Below are positions 44,678-48,158 of a stretch of 48,158 nucleotides of DNA, piece after piece. The DNA comes from Candidatus Hydrogenedentota bacterium (GTDB lineage: Bacteria > Hydrogenedentota > Hydrogenedentia > Hydrogenedentales > SLHB01): contig JBKHFO010000002.1 of NCBI GenBank assembly GCA_046540175.1, positions 1-48,158 of the forward strand. The letters are read 5' to 3'. The notes beneath the pieces are model-generated. The model ran no database searches and was not told where the DNA came from. It saw nothing but the letters and a program-made list of their open reading frames with translations. The first letter of the stretch is position 1. Every line of letters begins with the position of its first letter. The position numbers and the translations under genes are program-made.

Positions 44678-44731
44678 CTTTGCCGTAGTTTGCGCTGAAC
44701 GGAGAAACCAACGTATGGGGGAACCAAGACT

Positions 44732-45982
44732 ATGGAAACATTGCGAGTAGGATTCATTGGCGCCGGATTTATCGCGGGCTTTCTCGGAAAAGCGCTTAAA
44801 TCCGTGCGCGGCGTCCAGATCTCGGCCGTGACCGCTCCGGAAGGCGCGGAAGCCTTGGCGAACTGGGCCACGAAAGAAGGGCTTGGCCCTTGCAAGGTGT
44901 GTTCGACGGTGAAGGAGCTGTGCGACAGCTGCGACGCCGTGGCCATCCTTGCGCCGAACTTCGCGCGGGTCGAACGCGTGGGCGAGGTAGCCGAGGCGGT
45001 GAAGGCGGGCGCGCAGCTCAAGGGGCTCATCTGCGAGAAGCCGCTCGGCCGCACCGTGGCGGAGGCGGAGCAGTTGGTCAAGCTCGCCAAGGAAATGAAG
45101 CTGCCCACGGCCTACTTTGAAAATCAGATCCACATGAAGAGCATCCAGATGCAAAAGGCCCAGTTGGCTCCGCAGGAGGCCGCCATGGGGCCGATCGCCT
45201 TGGCCCGCTCGGCCGAGGAGCACGCGGGACCTCACTCGCCCTGGTTCTGGGATCCGACCCGCCAGGGAGGCGGCGTGCTCTCCGACATGGGGTGCCACAG
45301 CATCGCCGTCTCGTGGTACGTGCTCACGCCCCACGGCAAGCCCGCCACCTTTTTGAAGCCGACCGCAGTAAACGCCGAGACCGCCTTGCTCAAGTGGGGC
45401 CTGCCCCGTTGGCGCAAGAAGCTGCTCGGCGCGCAGGGCGTGGACTACGCCAAGACGCCGGCGGAAGACTTCGCCACGGGCATGGTCACCTTCGAGAATC
45501 CCGATACGGGGCAGCTCGTGAAGGCGCAGTTCACCAATTCGTGGATGTACGACAAGCAGGGCCTGCGTCTCATGATGGACGGACTTGGACCAGGCTACGC
45601 CTTCGAGGTGAACACGCTCCTGTCGCCGATGACGCTGTTCGTGGGCGATGAGGCGGCCGAGGCCGTGGCCGACGCGGAAACCGCGCTGGAGAAGTCGACG
45701 GCGTCGCGGGGGCTCTTGACGGTCCATCCCAATGAGCCGGATCTCTACGGGTATAACGACGAGTTCGCGGATGCGCGGGCGGCGTTTCTCGAAGGCCGGG
45801 ACGCCCTGTTGAATTGGGAATACGGCCTTGAGGTCACCAAGCTGGTCCAAGCCGCGTACATGGCGGCCGAGGAAGAGAAGACGCTTGATCTGACCGATCC
45901 CTCGGTGCAGAACAGCCTCAAGACCTACACCTCCGCCATCGCCCAAGGCAAGGGCCACGATGTGCTCAAGGTAAAGAAGTAA
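44732..45982 (+). CDS. Gfo/Idh/MocA-family oxidoreductase (cytoplasmic)
   Basis: N-terminal Rossmann LRVGFIGAGFIAGF and an EKP motif (LICEKPLG); 416 aa. Confidence 0.9.
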   Translation: METLRVGFIGAGFIAGFLGKALKSVRGVQISAVTAPEGAEALANWATKEGLGPCKVCSTVKELCDSCDAVAILAPNFARVERVGEVAEAVKAGAQLKGLICEKPLGRTVAEAEQLVKLAKEMKLPTAYFENQIHMKSIQMQKAQLAPQEAAMGPIALARSAEEHAGPHSPWFWDPTRQGGGVLSDMGCHSIAVSWYVLTPHGKPATFLKPTAVNAETALLKWGLPRWRKKLLGAQGVDYAKTPAEDFATGMVTFENPDTGQLVKAQFTNSWMYDKQGLRLMMDGLGPGYAFEVNTLLSPMTLFVGDEAAEAVADAETALEKSTASRGLLTVHPNEPDLYGYNDEFADARAAFLEGRDALLNWEYGLEVTKLVQAAYMAAEEEKTLDLTDPSVQNSLKTYTSAIAQGKGHDVLKVKK

Positions 45983-46011
45983 ACGCCTGAGCGATCGCAA
46001 GAGAAAGCCCA

Positions 46012-46060
46012 AGCGGCGCGGAGGGGAAGCAAGCCTCCCGGTCCGCGCCGCTTTTTGTTG
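46012..46060 (+). terminator. intrinsic terminator, probably bidirectional between convergent genes
   Basis: AGCGGCGCGGA (46012-46022) / TCCGCGCCGCT (46042-46052), followed by TTTTTGTTG. Confidence 0.7.
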
Positions 46061-46076
46061 TCTCGATGGACCTCGC

Positions 46077-47588
46077 TCAGTACCGGCGCAACAGCTCCAG
46101 GAACGCGCGGTCGAGCTGATGGCCGTGAAACTCCTCGTAGTCCACATCTTCCCGGTTGGAATCGATAATGCCGAAGGAGCCCCGCAGGTTCCAGAGCGCC
46201 CAGCCCACGCCGGCGTCTCGCCACACGGCGAGCTGGTCCTCCGCCCACCGCAACACCACCTCGTGCGGCGTGTACCGGTGCGCCCCCCATTCGCCAACAA
46301 AGACGCCCATCCCGCTCTGCGCAAGCGCCTTCCACGGCTCGAAATTCTGGGCCAGCCACTCCCGGTCCATCATGTCAGGGCCGGTGAAGGGCCTGCCGGA
46401 CTCGCCGCGATCATAGTGCACCACGCGTTCCCCGGGCTGCTCGAAGTCCTGTGCGGGCAACGTCAACACATGCTCGCCGCCGTTGTCCGCTGGCCGAAGC
46501 CCCAGTTCGGAGAGGGTCATCCAATCGCCCTCCTCGTTCCGCAACTCGATTCGCTCCGTCCCGGCGGGGACATCCACCGTATAGTCGCGATTGTAGATGT
46601 TCTGGTAGATGTCCCATTCCTGGGCATGGATCACTTCCTCCCACTCGCCTTCGCCGGGACCGGGCTCGAAGGAATGCTCCAATAAAGTCTCGCCATTCGC
46701 GCGGATCACCAGCCGGGAGTGATTCGATACTTGCCGGACGCGCACGCGCAATTGCGTGGGCTCGTCGAACCCGCCCTCAATGACAATGGGCTCGGTCCAA
46801 TCGGGCCGTTGGGGGCCAAACAGACGGCCGTTCAATTGCAAGGCCGGCCAAGCGGGTGTGGGATACGTGTCCGCGCCGCTGACCCATGTGGCCCGGTAAT
46901 GCGTTAGCTCCATGGGATTGTAGCCGCGTGTGGATTGTGCTAGCTGGAGTTCCTCCGCGGCGTCAACGGGCTCCCGGCCCCACCCCAGCGCATCGGTAAT
47001 GATGAGATGCCCGGGATCCGCCTCCCGGATGGCCTCAATGGCGCCCATCACGGCATTGAGGTAGGTTTCTTCATCCACGTTGGCGGGCTCGTTCACGAGA
47101 TTGAAGCTCACTTGTTCCGGCGGAATACCGCGATAGCGCCGGGCGAGCGTTTTCCACTGATAGGCAAACTGTTCTTGCGCCTCGGCGTCTTCCCACAGGT
47201 TTAACTCATGATCGATGGCGGAGTTCACCGTATAGCCGGGCGCGTTATGCAGATTGAGCGACACGTGAACGCCATATCTTTCGCCCAACTCGACGGCCTC
47301 GTCCACGTGTTCCAGCACGGCCTCGTCGAGATTCTGTGGGTCGTTGGCGTCTGTCCACTGCTGATAGTCCATGGGCAGGCGGACGAAATCGAAGCCCCAA
47401 TCGCTGACCCACTGGAAATCCTGTTCGCGAAACCGCTCGTTCCGGTAGAACTTTTCGAGCAGGTTGAAGCCCCGCCATCTAGGCAGCGCCCGCCACGAAG
47501 GGGCTGCGTCCGCCGCTCCAGCCCCGCCCATTCCCGCCGCGGCCATACCGGCCGCCGCCATACTCGCCAGAAACGTGCGTCGCTTCAT
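46077..47588 (-). CDS. secreted glycoside hydrolase family 5 (cellulase/mannanase-type), Tat signal
   Basis: MKRRTFLASMAAAGMAAAG leader; FDFVRLPMDY; acid/base motif FNLVNEP; nucleophile region GVFVGEWG. 503 aa with an extra C-terminal beta-rich region. Confidence 0.85.
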   Translation of the reverse strand: MKRRTFLASMAAAGMAAAGMGGAGAADAAPSWRALPRWRGFNLLEKFYRNERFREQDFQWVSDWGFDFVRLPMDYQQWTDANDPQNLDEAVLEHVDEAVELGERYGVHVSLNLHNAPGYTVNSAIDHELNLWEDAEAQEQFAYQWKTLARRYRGIPPEQVSFNLVNEPANVDEETYLNAVMGAIEAIREADPGHLIITDALGWGREPVDAAEELQLAQSTRGYNPMELTHYRATWVSGADTYPTPAWPALQLNGRLFGPQRPDWTEPIVIEGGFDEPTQLRVRVRQVSNHSRLVIRANGETLLEHSFEPGPGEGEWEEVIHAQEWDIYQNIYNRDYTVDVPAGTERIELRNEEGDWMTLSELGLRPADNGGEHVLTLPAQDFEQPGERVVHYDRGESGRPFTGPDMMDREWLAQNFEPWKALAQSGMGVFVGEWGAHRYTPHEVVLRWAEDQLAVWRDAGVGWALWNLRGSFGIIDSNREDVDYEEFHGHQLDRAFLELLRRY

Positions 47589-47890
47589 AGCCTTGTATCC
47601 TCCATCCTATCGACCGAAACCACAAAGTGGGAAATCCTGAGACGCACTATGCCATAAGGCTGTGTTCTCTTACAATGCGGCGGTGTTGGCACAATAGAAG
47701 GGCCAAGACGCGCTCTCAGGGGAGCCGGATCGTAGCGCCAACGAAATAAGAATAAAATGCAATCCACTTTTGAAGAGATCGGGACGTCAACTCAGGGGTG
47801 GGCGGAGGCGTTAACGCAATGAAATTAGGTTCCGGGGAGCCGGTTTAGATGGCTCGGCCAGCAAATCAAACCCGAGGGGAAATCGCGCCT

Positions 47891-48158
47891 ATGTCTATTA
47901 GAATGAGTCGTTTCGCAATCCTTTGCACAGCAACAGTGTTCCTGGGCTCATTAGCGGCGGCGGGAACGTTGCGGGTGGGATCGCCTTCGTTTCAAGGTTC
48001 GGACGTAACAGTACCCATTCTTTTGGAGGGGTCAGCGGACCAAGGGGTTTCCGCCCTTGATTTTCGCCTGAATTACGACCCCGAGGTTTTTCAGCCTGTG
48101 TCAGCCAGCACCGGCGCGGCTGCGTCTGACGCCAACAAACAGGTCCAAGCGAATTCCA
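47891..48158 (+). CDS. secreted cohesin-domain-like protein, 3'-truncated by the window edge
   Basis: My own translation from ATG 47891: MSIRMSRFAILCTAATVFLGSLAAAGTLRVGSPSFQGSDVTVPILLEGSADQGVSALDFRLNYDPEVFQPV... This shows a signal peptide and a cohesin-like LDFxLxYDP pattern. The frame is open to the end of the window. Confidence 0.5.
   Translation, partial: MSIRMSRFAILCTATVFLGSLAAAGTLRVGSPSFQGSDVTVPILLEGSADQGVSALDFRLNYDPEVFQPVSASTGAAASDANKQVQANS

Overview
This is a high-GC bacterial chromosomal segment; 60-nt lines sampled by eye run about 60-68 % GC in most genes. All product calls come from motif recognition by eye, with no searches run. The gene content is a DUF1559/prepilin-type protein, several Tat-signal Gfo/Idh/MocA oxidoreductases, a PmoA-family (DUF6807) protein, secreted esterases and a GH5. 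By inference this points to a PVC-like (Planctomycetota/Hydrogenedentota-type) heterotroph.

Main blocks:
1. 2-10483: a [NiFe]-hydrogenase accessory cluster in the order hoxF(GltD fusion)-hoxU-hoxW-hypA | 489-bp repeat-filled spacer | hypB-hypF-hypC-hypD-hypE. No hydrogenase small or large subunit gene lies between hoxU and hoxW.
2. 10.5-12.8 kb: a small accessory islet. It holds hicB plus a frameshifted hicA bracketed by a perfect 18-bp inverted repeat, a C-terminal remnant of a cardiolipin-synthase gene, an ADP-ribosylglycohydrolase and a Phd/YefM-like antitoxin.
3. 12.9-23.2 kb: secreted oxidoreductases and esterases, interrupted by a lower-GC two-gene cassette at 17397-19624 (AlbA_2/Schlafen-like HATPase_c_4 protein plus a ParA-type ATPase).
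4. 23.6-31.7 kb: a giant GH13-family protein, a degenerate NrdD-like protein with two ATP-cones, an MDR dehydrogenase and a GT9.
5. 31.7-36.7 kb: a lower-GC GT-C membrane glycosyltransferase, a charged coiled-coil protein, and a 1.2-kb ORF-poor, hairpin-dense region containing a ~190-nt multi-stem element.
6. 36.7-48.2 kb: housekeeping and secreted genes, namely DUF6807, a ZTP riboswitch followed by an AICARFT-only purH, EEP nuclease/phosphatase, yjbQ, cinA, aspC, an OmpA-like protein, Gfo/Idh/MocA, GH5 and a partial cohesin-like gene.

I recognised no rRNA, tRNA, CRISPR array, transposase or integrase.

The best candidates for something new are the AlbA_2-ParA cassette, the structured non-coding region at 35.5-36.7 kb, the Phd-ARH insertion, the NrdD-like pseudoenzyme and the structural-subunit-less hox/hyp cluster.
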